Assembly (NCBI GenBank): GCA_965279035.1
Contig: OZ257142.1
Coordinates: forward strand, 480,001-544,000
From: Bacteroidia bacterium
GTDB taxonomy: Bacteria; Bacteroidota; Bacteroidia; M30B66
Direction of reading: 5' to 3'
Length of the DNA: 64,000 bases
Every line of letters begins with the position of its first letter. Position 1 is the stretch's first letter. The notes below the pieces were generated by a model. That model did no database searches, had not been told where the DNA came from, and saw only the letters and a list, made by a program, of their open reading frames with translations. The position numbers and the translations under genes were made by a program. Shown here one piece after another: positions 1 to 10,467 of the stretch.

Positions 1-144
1 ATTCACAATGTTAAAGGCTTTGGTTTAGGATTGAGCTATGTTCAAATCATTGTAGAAAAGCATCATGGCCACATCCGAGTTGAAAGTGAAGTTGGAATGG
101 GAAGTACATTTACTCTGTTACTTCCTAAAAAACAGAAAACCTAA
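1..144 (+). CDS. Sensor histidine kinase, C-terminal fragment (HATPase_c), RprX-like; truncated by window start
   Basis: Frame 1 reads [42 protein letters not shown]...stop at 142-144. This has the G2 box GxGLGL and GSTF motif and lies directly upstream of an OmpR-family regulator. Confidence 0.9.
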   Translation: MHNVKGFGLGLSYVQIIVEKHHGHIRVESEVGMGSTFTLLLPKKQKT

Positions 145-230
145 TTTCTTTAATTTTATAAGGAAGCGACATTCAGTCAGTCGATTTTCCTTGCACGGTC
201 TTTGAGGAAAAAATCGACATACAACATCTT

Positions 231-926
231 ATGAAAATTCTCCTTGCCGAAGACGATCCGAATCTGGGTTCTATCATTCGTGAATATTTAGAAGCCAAAG
301 GATATCACACCGAATTATGCTCCAATGGCGAAGAGGCATTTAAGTTTTTCCTAAAAGAAAAATGGAATCTCTGCATTTTTGATGTGATGATGCCTCAAAT
401 GGATGGATTCACACTAGCACGCGAAATCCGAAATCACAACAAAGAAATTCCCATTATATTCCTCACCGCTAAATCGATGAAGGACGATACCATCGAAGGT
501 TTTAAAGCTGGAGGTGATGATTATATGACTAAGCCATTCAGTATGGAAGAGCTCTTGCTTCGAATAAAAGCAATTCTCAAACGTACCGAACGCGTAGTGG
601 ATGATGGTCCGATTCAGGAATTCATCATTGGAAAATACAGTTTCAATCCAACACATCAGCAATTAACATTAGGAGATCACATTCAGAAACTCACTTCGCG
701 AGAATCCGATTTGCTCAAGCTCTTGTGTATGAATTTGAACGACACCTTAGAGCGAAACTTTGCCCTTCGTGCAATTTGGAATGATGATAATTACTTCAAT
801 GCTCGAAGCATGGATGTTTACATTGCTCGTTTGCGTAAATACCTCACGGGTGATCCTGCACTTGAAATCATCAATGTTCACGGAAAAGGATTTAAGCTGG
901 TAGATGGACATACACCATCATCCTAG
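231..926 (+). CDS. rprY: OmpR/PhoB-family response regulator (RprY-like)
   Basis: Receiver domain (LLAEDD, DVMMP, FLTAK, DDYMTKPF) plus winged helix (RSMDVYIARLRKYL, NVHGKGFKL), typical of Bacteroidota RprY. Confidence 0.85.
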   Translation: MKILLAEDDPNLGSIIREYLEAKGYHTELCSNGEEAFKFFLKEKWNLCIFDVMMPQMDGFTLAREIRNHNKEIPIIFLTAKSMKDDTIEGFKAGGDDYMTKPFSMEELLLRIKAILKRTERVVDDGPIQEFIIGKYSFNPTHQQLTLGDHIQKLTSRESDLLKLLCMNLNDTLERNFALRAIWNDDNYFNARSMDVYIARLRKYLTGDPALEIINVHGKGFKLVDGHTPSS

Positions 927-932
927 TTAAGC

Positions 933-2204
933 TTACATTTTGAAGTTTGCCAGCTTTTTATAGTTGCGCAAAATGGGAATCATCCAAAAGCCAACAAACA
1001 CGGCACATACCGCAAACGCATATACAATTTGATCGTTTCGATTGAAAAATGGGAGGGCGAAAAGAGAGCTGATTCCCGCTCGAAACAAGATGTTTACCGT
1101 TTGAAAAACGCTGCTTACCCGACCAATCGATTGATTTGGCACATGCTGAAACAACCAAGTTGTTCGTAATACGCGTGTTCCAGCATTGGTAATTCCGACC
1201 AATAAGCAAAGGATAGAAAACAATAGTAAATTAGAACTGCTCGCAAATAGCGCATAAATTAGCACTGTAATGCCCATCATTACTGTAATTCCGAGTATAA
1301 AACCAGATTTTCGGAAAGTCCAAACCATAAATACACCGGCGAGCATAGCGCCTATCGAGTACATAACTTCCGCAAACGCATAGGTACCAGCGCCTGAATG
1401 TAAATGCTGATCAATGTATTGAGGTAGCAATTGCTGAAACGTCACCAGCAATACAACGAAGATGGCGTAAGAGGCATTTCCAAACTGAAATATCAGTGGA
1501 TTGTCTTTCAGGAATTTCATTCCCGTGCGAATTCGATCGAGTGCCGAACCCGCTTCTTGATGACGAATAGCAATCGCTTCGTAGCGAATCATAGCAATTA
1601 GAAAAAAACCAATGAGGTATGTGATTGCATCCGTCAGGAAAACCTCTTGTAAAGTCCAAGGGTTAATTTCAAAAGGAAAATTGACCGTTAAGCCAGCAAA
1701 ATGGTGTTCTCCCTCTGAAACACCTGATAGCAAAAGCGCCGCAGCAGAACCAGATAAAATACTCGTCGATTGTCCAATGATTTCTGTCCAGGAAGTGAAT
1801 CGGCCGTAATACTGCTTCTCTGTGATTTCTTGTCCGAAAGCATACAAGGCTGGATAATGTATGTTGTACACGAGGATTGTTCCGGCAAATACGAGCATCG
1901 CTCCCCAAGCTGGCACAGAGCCTTGATAAAAACCAATAGCTGAAACCGAACCCAGCAATAGCAGGCCAAATGCATTGACAGCCATAAATACATGTCGTCG
2001 GGAAAAACGGTCGATTAGAGAGCCGGCATACAAGCCCCAAAACAACATGATGAATGTGGTGGCGGCATACATCATCCCGAATAGTTCGGGTTTACCTAGA
2101 ATTTTACTGAAGTACCAAGGAATAGCTAACATGCATATTCCCTGCGACAGGCCCGATACAGCATTGGCAATAAATAGCAAGCGATAAGCTCGAACGTTCT
2201 TCAC
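933..2204 (-). CDS. MFS transporter
   Basis: About 12 hydrophobic segments and MFS motif A (GSLIDRFSRR). Start moved to GTG at 2204, 4 nt below a TATCTTTG promoter box. Confidence 0.85.
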   Translation of the reverse strand: MKNVRAYRLLFIANAVSGLSQGICMLAIPWYFSKILGKPELFGMMYAATTFIMLFWGLYAGSLIDRFSRRHVFMAVNAFGLLLLGSVSAIGFYQGSVPAWGAMLVFAGTILVYNIHYPALYAFGQEITEKQYYGRFTSWTEIIGQSTSILSGSAAALLLSGVSEGEHHFAGLTVNFPFEINPWTLQEVFLTDAITYLIGFFLIAMIRYEAIAIRHQEAGSALDRIRTGMKFLKDNPLIFQFGNASYAIFVVLLVTFQQLLPQYIDQHLHSGAGTYAFAEVMYSIGAMLAGVFMVWTFRKSGFILGITVMMGITVLIYALFASSSNLLLFSILCLLVGITNAGTRVLRTTWLFQHVPNQSIGRVSSVFQTVNILFRAGISSLFALPFFNRNDQIVYAFAVCAVFVGFWMIPILRNYKKLANFKM

Positions 2205-2352
2205 GGAGCAAAGATAGAAAGGCGATTTTGGGTATTTAGATGGGTGCAAAATCTTTCATTCACAATGCCTGTGAAATAAATGGAGCTTATTACCTAACGG
2301 TAGCACCTATATTCCATCTATCTTGTTTTCGAAATAAATCGGAGAGATTCGC

Positions 2353-3729
2353 ATGAGTGCACATAAAAAATTATCGCTGTTCGACAGCTCAACCATCATC
2401 ATGGGTTCGATGATTGGCTCGGGAATATTTATCGTAAGTGCTGATATCGCTCGCCAAGTGAATTCAGGAGCTTTGGTATTACTCGCTTGGGTGATGACAG
2501 CCGTAATTACCTTGATGGCAGCACTCACGTATGGTGAATTAGCCGCGATGTTTCCTCAAGCTGGAGGACAATATGTTTACCTGCGTGAAGCATACGGGAA
2601 ACGAACAGCATTTACATACGGTTGGTCGCTATTTGCTGTCATACAAACGGGGACAATAGCAGCAGTAGGAGTTGCATTTGCCAAGTTTAGCGGTGTGTTT
2701 TTCGATGGAATAAGTGCGAAGAATATCTTGCTCGATTTGGGATTTCTAACCGTTAGCACGCAGCAAATGACCGCCATTTTGGTGATTGTTTTCCTTTCCT
2801 TGTTGAATCTTCGGGATGTGAAAAACTCAGCCATCATTCAAAATTTCTTCACGGTTGCGAAGATTGTCGCCTTGTTGGGAGTTGTGGCTGTAGGAATTTA
2901 CTTCGCTGGTCAGGGAAAAGGAAACTGGCAAAATATGGAACCCGTTTGGCCCGAGAACATGGGCTTGGGAACAATTGGGATATTCTTGGCTGCATTAACT
3001 GGAAGTTTGTTTTCGGCAGATGCTTGGAATAATATCACGTTTACAGCTGGTGAAATCAAGAATCCAGGAAAGAATCTACCGCTGTCTCTTGCTATCGGGA
3101 CAGGCATTGTATTACTGATTTACATTTTGGTGAATGTGATTTATTTGTACATGATGCCCCTGGCGGATATTCAACATGCACCCGAAGATCGCGTTGGGAC
3201 AGCCTTGATGAATTCCATGTTGGGTAGTAATGGACAGTTTGTGATGGCCGCTATCATTATGGTTTCGACGTTTGGGTGTTTAAACGGATTGATATTTACT
3301 GCACCACGAGCATATTATGCAATGGCGAAAGATGGATTGTTTCTGAAACGCGCCACACAACTGAATAAACATGGTGTTCCGGCATTTGCGATATTGATAC
3401 AATTGGTTTGGAGCAGTGCTTTATGCCTTTCAGGAAAGTATGGTGATTTACTGGACTATTTGATGTTTGTGGTGATGTTGTTTTACATTTTAACGGTAGG
3501 AGCTGTATTTATTCTGCGACGAAAAATGCCTGATGCGCCTCGTCCTTACAAAGCTTTTGGCTATCCGATTATTCCCATTTTATATATCCTATTAGCGACT
3601 TGCATTTGTGGTGTGATGCTGTATTACAAAACCACTTTCGCTTTGTATGGATTGGCAATCGTAGGCCTTGGAATTATTGTTTATCAGTTTAGCTCTAAGA
3701 AAGAAATCGAAGACACTACAGCTCAATAA
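2353..3729 (+). CDS. APC-family amino acid permease
   Basis: GSMIGSGIF, ELAAMFPQAGGQYVYLREAYG, GEIKNP and RPYKAFGYP motifs; about 12 TM segments. Confidence 0.92.
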   Translation: MSAHKKLSLFDSSTIIMGSMIGSGIFIVSADIARQVNSGALVLLAWVMTAVITLMAALTYGELAAMFPQAGGQYVYLREAYGKRTAFTYGWSLFAVIQTGTIAAVGVAFAKFSGVFFDGISAKNILLDLGFLTVSTQQMTAILVIVFLSLLNLRDVKNSAIIQNFFTVAKIVALLGVVAVGIYFAGQGKGNWQNMEPVWPENMGLGTIGIFLAALTGSLFSADAWNNITFTAGEIKNPGKNLPLSLAIGTGIVLLIYILVNVIYLYMMPLADIQHAPEDRVGTALMNSMLGSNGQFVMAAIIMVSTFGCLNGLIFTAPRAYYAMAKDGLFLKRATQLNKHGVPAFAILIQLVWSSALCLSGKYGDLLDYLMFVVMLFYILTVGAVFILRRKMPDAPRPYKAFGYPIIPILYILLATCICGVMLYYKTTFALYGLAIVGLGIIVYQFSSKKEIEDTTAQ

Positions 3730-3730
3730 A

Positions 3731-4198
3731 ATGCCTGTAATTTTTACCGTTACCGAAGCTGTTGAGAAAATGAAAAAGTTCTGTGCTTATCAGGAGCGCA
3801 GTCAGCTAGAGGTGCGACAGAAATTGTATCAAAGCTCCATCAAGGGCGAAGAAGCCGAATTTGTGATAGGTGAATTGATTCGGGAGAATTTCCTCAATGA
3901 AGAACGCTTTGCCCGTGCATTTGCCCGCGGAAAATTCAGAATGAAGCAATGGGGAAAGATTCGCATTCGGATGGAGTTGCAACACAAAGGTGTATCGGAA
4001 CCCTGCATTCGAAAAGGCTTGTCGGAAATCAGCGATCGCGATTATCGTAAAACAGCCGAAGTGGTTTTAAAGAAACTTTCGGGCGGAATTATTCCAGATT
4101 CGAAAAAAGAAGCGTGGAAACTCCTGAGTAAAATGCGTTCAAAAGGCTTCGAACCTGAATTGCTTCAGTCAATCATGAAAGACTTCTCCGACGAATAA
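3731..4198 (+). CDS. recX: Regulatory protein RecX
   Basis: FCAYQERSQLEVRQKL, FLNEERFARAFARGKFR and WGKIRIRMEL motifs. ATG at 3731 follows the permease stop. Confidence 0.88.
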   Translation: MPVIFTVTEAVEKMKKFCAYQERSQLEVRQKLYQSSIKGEEAEFVIGELIRENFLNEERFARAFARGKFRMKQWGKIRIRMELQHKGVSEPCIRKGLSEISDRDYRKTAEVVLKKLSGGIIPDSKKEAWKLLSKMRSKGFEPELLQSIMKDFSDE

Positions 4199-4216
4199 TT
4201 GAGGAGAGAATCGGAC

Positions 4217-5596
4217 TTAGTTACCCGGAAGATTCGAAAGCAAATCTGGGAAGATCCCTAACAAGAGCGTAAGAATAACTCCCAATGCCAGCACGAAATT
4301 GAAGGTCCAGCTGGTTTGAATACGATCCATTGGTTGTCCATCGTTGTTGAATGCAAAAATCACCGGGCGGAAATAGTAGTAAATACCAATTAGTGAACCT
4401 GCAATAGCAATGATGACAGCAATGTTGAGGTTACTTTCCATAGCTGTTAGGAAAACAAAATATTTCCCGAAGAAACCAGCTAATGGTGGAATTCCTGCCA
4501 AGGAGAACATGGAAACAACAAGAGCTAAGGTCATCATCGGATTGTTCTTAGCCAAGCCTTTATAGTTATCTACCGGCATTTCGTTGTTAAACTGACTAAT
4601 CGCGATAAGCACACCGAATGCAGTTACAGAAGCTACTGAATAAGCAGCAGTGTAATAGAAAATCGAAGAAGAAGAAAGCTCATTCAAAGCTAAAACAGGC
4701 AATAATAAATATCCTGCATGAGCAACTGAAGACCAAGCGAGCATACGTTTCGCTTCGCTTTGCATAACAGCTGAAATGTTCCCAAGTAAAATGGTCGCAA
4801 CAGCAATCACCCAAAGGATATTGTACCACACACCATCAATTCCACTGAAACAGGTGTCGAACAAACGATAGAATGCAGCAATACCAGCAGTTTTAACCAC
4901 AGTTGCCATGAACGCTGTGATGAGTGTTGGAGCTCCTTGATACACATCTGGAGTCCAGAAATGGAATGGAACAGCACCAATTTTAAAGGCGAAACCAATT
5001 AGAATTAAAACAACTCCTGTGTTGAAAATCAAAGGAAGGTCATCTGTTCCATTAGCGTAATCAGAGATAGCAGCTAAATCGAAACTTCCGGTAACGCCAT
5101 ACATCAAGGTTATTCCAAATAATAAGAATCCGGATGCAAAAGCTCCCATGAGGAAGTATTTCAAGGATGCTTCGTTTGAGGCAAGATTCAATCGACGACT
5201 TCCAGCCAAGATATACAAGGCAATGGAAAGGATTTCGATACCTACGAATAGCATGACCAGACTTGAATAAGAAGTCATGACTAAAGCACCTACCAGCACA
5301 AAAATCATCAAGGCGTAGATGTCGGCCACATGGCTGTCTTCGTTACGAAAGTGATAGCTAGCAATAAGCAGAATCAGGATGAGTGTTACGATCATCAATC
5401 CGGTAAAAGAAACCGCATAGTTATCGTACAGCATCATGTTATACCAAAGGTGATTGGTTCCCCAATCGAGCGCATTGGTAATAAATGCTGCTACCAAGCC
5501 TAAAATGGCTACAGGCAGAAGCAATTTTTTCTGATGAAAGGCTCCAAGAAATAGAACGATGAAGCCAAGAAGCGACAGGAGTACCAGTGTAGACAT
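4217..5596 (-). CDS. nuoN: NADH-quinone oxidoreductase subunit N
   Basis: EASLKYFLMGA, FKIGAVPFHFWTPDVYQGAP and AGIPPLAGFFGK motifs; last gene of the nuo operon. Confidence 0.96.
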   Translation of the reverse strand: MSTLVLLSLLGFIVLFLGAFHQKKLLLPVAILGLVAAFITNALDWGTNHLWYNMMLYDNYAVSFTGLMIVTLILILLIASYHFRNEDSHVADIYALMIFVLVGALVMTSYSSLVMLFVGIEILSIALYILAGSRRLNLASNEASLKYFLMGAFASGFLLFGITLMYGVTGSFDLAAISDYANGTDDLPLIFNTGVVLILIGFAFKIGAVPFHFWTPDVYQGAPTLITAFMATVVKTAGIAAFYRLFDTCFSGIDGVWYNILWVIAVATILLGNISAVMQSEAKRMLAWSSVAHAGYLLLPVLALNELSSSSIFYYTAAYSVASVTAFGVLIAISQFNNEMPVDNYKGLAKNNPMMTLALVVSMFSLAGIPPLAGFFGKYFVFLTAMESNLNIAVIIAIAGSLIGIYYYFRPVIFAFNNDGQPMDRIQTSWTFNFVLALGVILTLLLGIFPDLLSNLPGN

Positions 5597-5597
5597 A

Positions 5598-7076
5598 TCA
5601 GAGATTCGGTACCATGTGATTAGAAATCTCGGTGAGCAGGTACTTTACCGACTCATCTGTGAGATTGAAAATAAACTGAGGGAACAATCCGAAGAAAACG
5701 ATGAGCCCAACGATTGGGAACAACACCAGTTTCTCGGAAATGGTAAGGTCGGCAAACACCGTGATTGCAGGATTCTCACCTAGCATCGATGTTTTGTAGG
5801 CGCGTAGCATATAAACTGCTCCAAAAATGACGGTTAAACCAGCAAATGCGGCAAACACATAACTGTAATCGTACAAAGAGCTAAGCAGCAAGAATTCACC
5901 AATAAAGCCATTGGTTAGCGGTAAAGCCACACTAGCAAAGGTTATCACCATAAAGCAAGAAGCAAACACGGGAGCTAACTGACGAATACCGCCCAACTTG
6001 GCGATTTCGTTTGTGCCTGTTCTCTGTTGAATGATTTCGGCTACGAAGAACAATCCAACTACGTTGACACCGTGTGCCAACATTTGAATCATTGCTCCTT
6101 GGAAACCAGTACGTGAAAGTGTGAAAATACCTGCTGTTATTAGTCCAACGTGAGCAATCGACGACCAAGCAAACAAGCGCTTAAGGTCTTTTTGTCCGAT
6201 TGCAATCCAAGAAGCGTAGATAATTCCAACTACACACATGATTAAAACCACATCGGTGTAGGAACTAACAGCCATTGGAGTGATAGGTAGAATCCAACGG
6301 AAAATGGAATAAATACCCATTTTTAACATGATACCGGAAAGTAACATCGAACCAGCATTTGGTGCGGTTGTGTATGTGTCGGGCTGCCAAGAGTGGAATG
6401 GTAGTAAAGGAATTTTGATCGCATAGGCGATGAAGAAAGCCCAGAAAATCCAACGTTGTGCAACTGGATCAAGGCGTAATGCATAGAAAGCATCAATACC
6501 AAAGCTACGATCGGCTGTTTGAAGGTACAGCCAGATGATAGCTGCCAACATGAGTAGCGATCCGAGTAAGGTGTAGATAAAGAACTTGAAAGTGATTTTC
6601 ACCCGATTTTCTCCACCCCAAATAAGGACGATGAAATAGATTGGAATAAGTGCTAATTCCCAGAAGATGTAGTAAAGGAAAGCGTCTAATGATACGAACA
6701 CACCAACTAGCGCACTTTGCATCATCAACACGAGGAAATAGAAAAGGCGCGGATTGCGGAATTCCCGGTTCCAAGTAGTGAGGACGATAAGTGGTAGAAG
6801 GAAGTTAGTAAGAATAACCATGAGCATGCTTAATCCGTCGAGTCCGACGAAGAAGCGAATTCCCATGGTAGATATCCAGTTTTCGGACAGAATAAACTGT
6901 TCGTTAGAAAGCAAGCTTCGGTGTTCGTTGATGTCGAACAGGAAGATGACATAGGCTGTAAAGGCTGCCTGAATGAGAGTGGCAACGAGGGCGCCTTTTT
7001 TTGCCGCATTTGCAGGAAGCAAAAACAGCAGTAGGGCAGCCAGGAACGGAAACGCGATGAGGGCAGCTGTTATCAT
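5598..7076 (-). CDS. nuoM: NADH-quinone oxidoreductase subunit M
   Basis: FWELALIP, IKIPLLPFHSWQPD and LKMGIY motifs. Confidence 0.96.
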   Translation of the reverse strand: MITAALIAFPFLAALLLFLLPANAAKKGALVATLIQAAFTAYVIFLFDINEHRSLLSNEQFILSENWISTMGIRFFVGLDGLSMLMVILTNFLLPLIVLTTWNREFRNPRLFYFLVLMMQSALVGVFVSLDAFLYYIFWELALIPIYFIVLIWGGENRVKITFKFFIYTLLGSLLMLAAIIWLYLQTADRSFGIDAFYALRLDPVAQRWIFWAFFIAYAIKIPLLPFHSWQPDTYTTAPNAGSMLLSGIMLKMGIYSIFRWILPITPMAVSSYTDVVLIMCVVGIIYASWIAIGQKDLKRLFAWSSIAHVGLITAGIFTLSRTGFQGAMIQMLAHGVNVVGLFFVAEIIQQRTGTNEIAKLGGIRQLAPVFASCFMVITFASVALPLTNGFIGEFLLLSSLYDYSYVFAAFAGLTVIFGAVYMLRAYKTSMLGENPAITVFADLTISEKLVLFPIVGLIVFFGLFPQFIFNLTDESVKYLLTEISNHMVPNL

Positions 7077-7078
7077 GC

Positions 7079-9001
7079 TCAGTTCAGAAAGCTGTTAGCC
7101 GCAAGAATGACCAATATTCCGATCACCATTGCGAAAATGTAAAAACCGACATTCCCTGTTTGTAAGAACCGAGCTGTGCGGGAACCCAACACAACGAGTT
7201 GTCCAACACCGTTCACAATGCGATCGATGACGTTTACTTCGAGGAATTTATAAATGCCTTTGGATGCAGAAACTACCGGATTAGCTAAGACTGTGTCGTA
7301 AAGTTCATCGATGTAGTATTTGTTGACGAGTACTTTCTCAAATGCCGAAATGTGTTCGCCCTCGGCAGCAGGAATGTGCCCGTTCTTTTTATACCGAATC
7401 CACGCATATCCAATCACCGCTAAAACTGCAGATACCGAAACAACCATTAAGATGATTTCGAGCGAATGAGAAAGATGGTGTTCTAATCCGAAATCTTCTA
7501 GTATGATTGAAGATCCAGCTAAAATTGGTTCGAAGAAACGATCTAACCAATGTGTGCCACCTAATACTTCAGGGATATTGACAAATCCTGCAAGCAAAGA
7601 ACAGATTGCTAAAATCATCAAAGGAATGGTCATCGTTTTAGGCGACTCGTGCAGGTGATGTTCTTGTTCGTGTGTTCCGCGGAATGAACCAAAGAAGGTG
7701 AGGTAATACAAACGGAACATGTAGAATGCAGTCATCAACGCTCCACAAACACCTAAAATCCAAAGAACAGGATTGTGTGCAAATGCAGAGGCCAATATTT
7801 GGTCTTTCGAGAAGAACCCAGCAAGTGGAGGAATACCTGCAATCGCAATGGTTCCGATTAGGAAAGTGAAATGCGTTATAGGAAGTGCTTTTTTCAATCC
7901 ACCCATTTTGCGAATGTCTTGCTCGCCGCCCATTGCGTGAATAACCGAACCCGATCCGAGGAACAATAAGGCTTTAAAGAAGGCGTGAGTAAAGAGATGG
8001 AAATAAGCAGCCGAATAAGCTCCTAATCCAAGGGCGAAAAACATATAGCCCAATTGAGAAACCGTTGAATAGGCAAGCACTTTCTTGATGTCGTTCTGTT
8101 TGAGACCGATACTCGCTGCAAAAAGAGCAGTGCACAAGCCAACAATCATGATGATTTCTTGTGTGAATGGTGCTAAAGTAAATAGCACATTGCTACGAAT
8201 GATCAAGTAAACACCTGCTGTTACCATGGTTGCAGCGTGTATGAGTGCCGAAACTGGAGTTGGACCAGCCATCGCATCCGGTAGCCACGTAAATAATGGC
8301 AATTGAGCCGATTTACCGATAGCACCTACAAACAATAATAAGGTCGCGTTGCGGATAATTGGATCGCCCGACATAATATCCAATGCTTCGAGCGAAATGC
8401 GATTGTATTCTAAGGTTGAAAAACGCAGATACAGCAGGAAGATACCCAATAGCAATCCCAAGTCACCAATGCGGTTCATGATGAAAGCCTTGTTTGCTGC
8501 TTTGTTGTATTCGGGGTTTTTATACCAGAAACCGATGAGTAAGTAGGAACACAGTCCAACACCTTCCCAACCGATGAATAGCATGATGTAATTGCTTCCC
8601 ATCACCAAAATCAACATGAAGAAGATGAAGAGATTGAGGTAGGCAAAGAATCGGCTAAAGCCCGGATCATCGTGCATGTATCCAGCAGAATACACGTGGA
8701 TGAGAAATCCAACTCCAGTAATAACCAGCATCATCATTAAAGAGAGCTGATCGAGTTGGAAACTGTAGTTAACAGATAGTTTTCCTATTTGAATCCATTC
8801 ACCCAACAAGATGCGGATTGGCTCAGCGTCGAGTGTATTGACAAACGGAATAAAGATCGAAACAGTAAGAATGAATGGCACTAAAACGGCCACAGAAGCA
8901 ACAGATGCTACAAGATTCTTCGGAAGACGTTTTCCAAAGAAGATGCTGAACAGGAATCCGAACAGCGGGAGTGCGGGAATCAACCAGGCTAAGTCTTTCA
9001 T
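7079..9001 (-). CDS. nuoL: NADH-quinone oxidoreductase subunit L
   Basis: GWEGVGLCSYLLIGFW, GKSAQLPLFTWLPDAMAGPTPVSALIHAATMV and HAFFKALLFLG motifs. ATG at 9001 preferred over TTG at 9007. Confidence 0.96.
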   Translation of the reverse strand: MKDLAWLIPALPLFGFLFSIFFGKRLPKNLVASVASVAVLVPFILTVSIFIPFVNTLDAEPIRILLGEWIQIGKLSVNYSFQLDQLSLMMMLVITGVGFLIHVYSAGYMHDDPGFSRFFAYLNLFIFFMLILVMGSNYIMLFIGWEGVGLCSYLLIGFWYKNPEYNKAANKAFIMNRIGDLGLLLGIFLLYLRFSTLEYNRISLEALDIMSGDPIIRNATLLLFVGAIGKSAQLPLFTWLPDAMAGPTPVSALIHAATMVTAGVYLIIRSNVLFTLAPFTQEIIMIVGLCTALFAASIGLKQNDIKKVLAYSTVSQLGYMFFALGLGAYSAAYFHLFTHAFFKALLFLGSGSVIHAMGGEQDIRKMGGLKKALPITHFTFLIGTIAIAGIPPLAGFFSKDQILASAFAHNPVLWILGVCGALMTAFYMFRLYYLTFFGSFRGTHEQEHHLHESPKTMTIPLMILAICSLLAGFVNIPEVLGGTHWLDRFFEPILAGSSIILEDFGLEHHLSHSLEIILMVVSVSAVLAVIGYAWIRYKKNGHIPAAEGEHISAFEKVLVNKYYIDELYDTVLANPVVSASKGIYKFLEVNVIDRIVNGVGQLVVLGSRTARFLQTGNVGFYIFAMVIGILVILAANSFLN

Positions 9002-9023
9002 ATTCAAGCGTGCTGCCGGTGCG

Positions 9024-9353
9024 TTACCATTTCAAGTTTCTCAATGCATTAATGTCGGTCGATCGGATGTTCCGATATATCATTACCAAGATGCCCAAAC
9101 CAACAGCAACTTCGGCCGCGGCAACCACCATGATAAAGAAGACAAACACTTGTCCCGACTGGTCTCCGTGAAAACGAGAGAAAGCAGCAAGGAGAATATT
9201 TACAGCATTCAACATGAGTTCAATAGACATGAAGATGATGATAAAGTTTCGGCGGAGAAGAACGCCCATCACCCCGATCGAGAATAGTATCGCGCTCAGG
9301 AAGAGGTAGTGATGAATGCCGATTTCGCGGAAGGAATTCTGTAGTTCTTCCAT
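9024..9353 (-). CDS. nuoK: NADH-quinone oxidoreductase subunit K
   Basis: [11 protein letters not shown] and [12 protein letters not shown] motifs. Confidence 0.96.
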   Translation of the reverse strand: MEELQNSFREIGIHHYLFLSAILFSIGVMGVLLRRNFIIIFMSIELMLNAVNILLAAFSRFHGDQSGQVFVFFIMVVAAAEVAVGLGILVMIYRNIRSTDINALRNLKW

Positions 9354-9355
9354 GA

Positions 9356-9853
9356 TCAGTCGTTAACGTGTTTTTTACCCAAAATAACTGCACCTACCAT
9401 GGCCGAAATGAACAGGATAGAGGAAACTTCAAAAGGGAGGAGAAAATCTTTGAATAATACTTTACCCACTCCTTTAGCAGTACCAAAATCTTCGGTAATC
9501 ATGGTTGCTGGTCGCGTATCGTATTCACGAAGTGAAGCAGCTAAAATAATCATGAGCAAGCATGCTGAAAAGACAGCTGCCACTTTGAGCAACATGGGTT
9601 TATGTGGCTCTGTTTCTTTGTTGAGATTGAGCAACATGATCACGAAAAGGAAGAGCACCATGATGGCTCCTGCATAAACGATCAAGTTGACAATCCCGAG
9701 AAATCCGGCGTCAAGCAGGATGTAATGTCCGGTGATGGAAAAGAAACAGATCACCAGCCAAAGCACGCTGTAGATCGGATTCTTGGAGAATACCACCATC
9801 AGCGCGGAGCCAATGGTAAGTGCTGCAAGAATAAGGAAGGCGATCGGTGTCAT
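9356..9853 (-). CDS. nuoJ: NADH-quinone oxidoreductase subunit J
   Basis: [26 protein letters not shown] and LPFEVSS motifs. Confidence 0.95.
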   Translation of the reverse strand: MTPIAFLILAALTIGSALMVVFSKNPIYSVLWLVICFFSITGHYILLDAGFLGIVNLIVYAGAIMVLFLFVIMLLNLNKETEPHKPMLLKVAAVFSACLLMIILAASLREYDTRPATMITEDFGTAKGVGKVLFKDFLLPFEVSSILFISAMVGAVILGKKHVND

Positions 9854-9907
9854 AGCTTAGTATCGGGCGCGAAAATAGCGGAATTTTATGATTTAGGGGA
9901 GGAATGA

Positions 9908-10435
9908 TTAGCGGTCCTGACGTTTCGTGATATCAATTCGTTTAGAAGCTTCAACACCTTCTACCAAACGGTCCTTTCCATAGATAAAATCATCTCGATC
10001 ATAATCAGATGAAACAATCTCTTTTGTTAGGAAAATGGCCTGTTTCGGGCAGGCCTCTTCGCACAATCCACAGAAAATACAACGCAACATGTTGATCTCA
10101 TAGATTGCAGCATATTTCTCTTCGCGGTAAAGTTTCTCCTCGCCTTTCTTGCGTTCATCCGCAACCATCGTAATGGCTTCTGCCGGACAAGAAACGGCAC
10201 ATAATCCACAAGCAGTGCAACGTTCAGCTCCATTTTCATCGCGCTTCAATACGTGTTTTCCGCGATAAACTTCGCTGAATTCACGTGTTTGCTCAGGATA
10301 TTTCAGCGTAGCAGGACGTTTAAAAAAGTGTTTCAGTGTAACCGCCATGCCCTTCAATACCGCGGGCAAATAGCTGCCTTCGGAAAGGGTCATTTTTTTA
10401 TCGGATACGACTTTCGATCGGTTGGTGAGTTGCAT
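9908..10435 (-). CDS. nuoI: NADH-quinone oxidoreductase subunit I
   Basis: Two 4Fe-4S motifs, CTACGLCAVSCP and CIFCGLCEEACP. Confidence 0.96.
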   Translation of the reverse strand: MQLTNRSKVVSDKKMTLSEGSYLPAVLKGMAVTLKHFFKRPATLKYPEQTREFSEVYRGKHVLKRDENGAERCTACGLCAVSCPAEAITMVADERKKGEEKLYREEKYAAIYEINMLRCIFCGLCEEACPKQAIFLTKEIVSSDYDRDDFIYGKDRLVEGVEASKRIDITKRQDR

Positions 10436-10467
10436 GTTTTTCTGTCTTCAGAAATAAATGAACAGTC

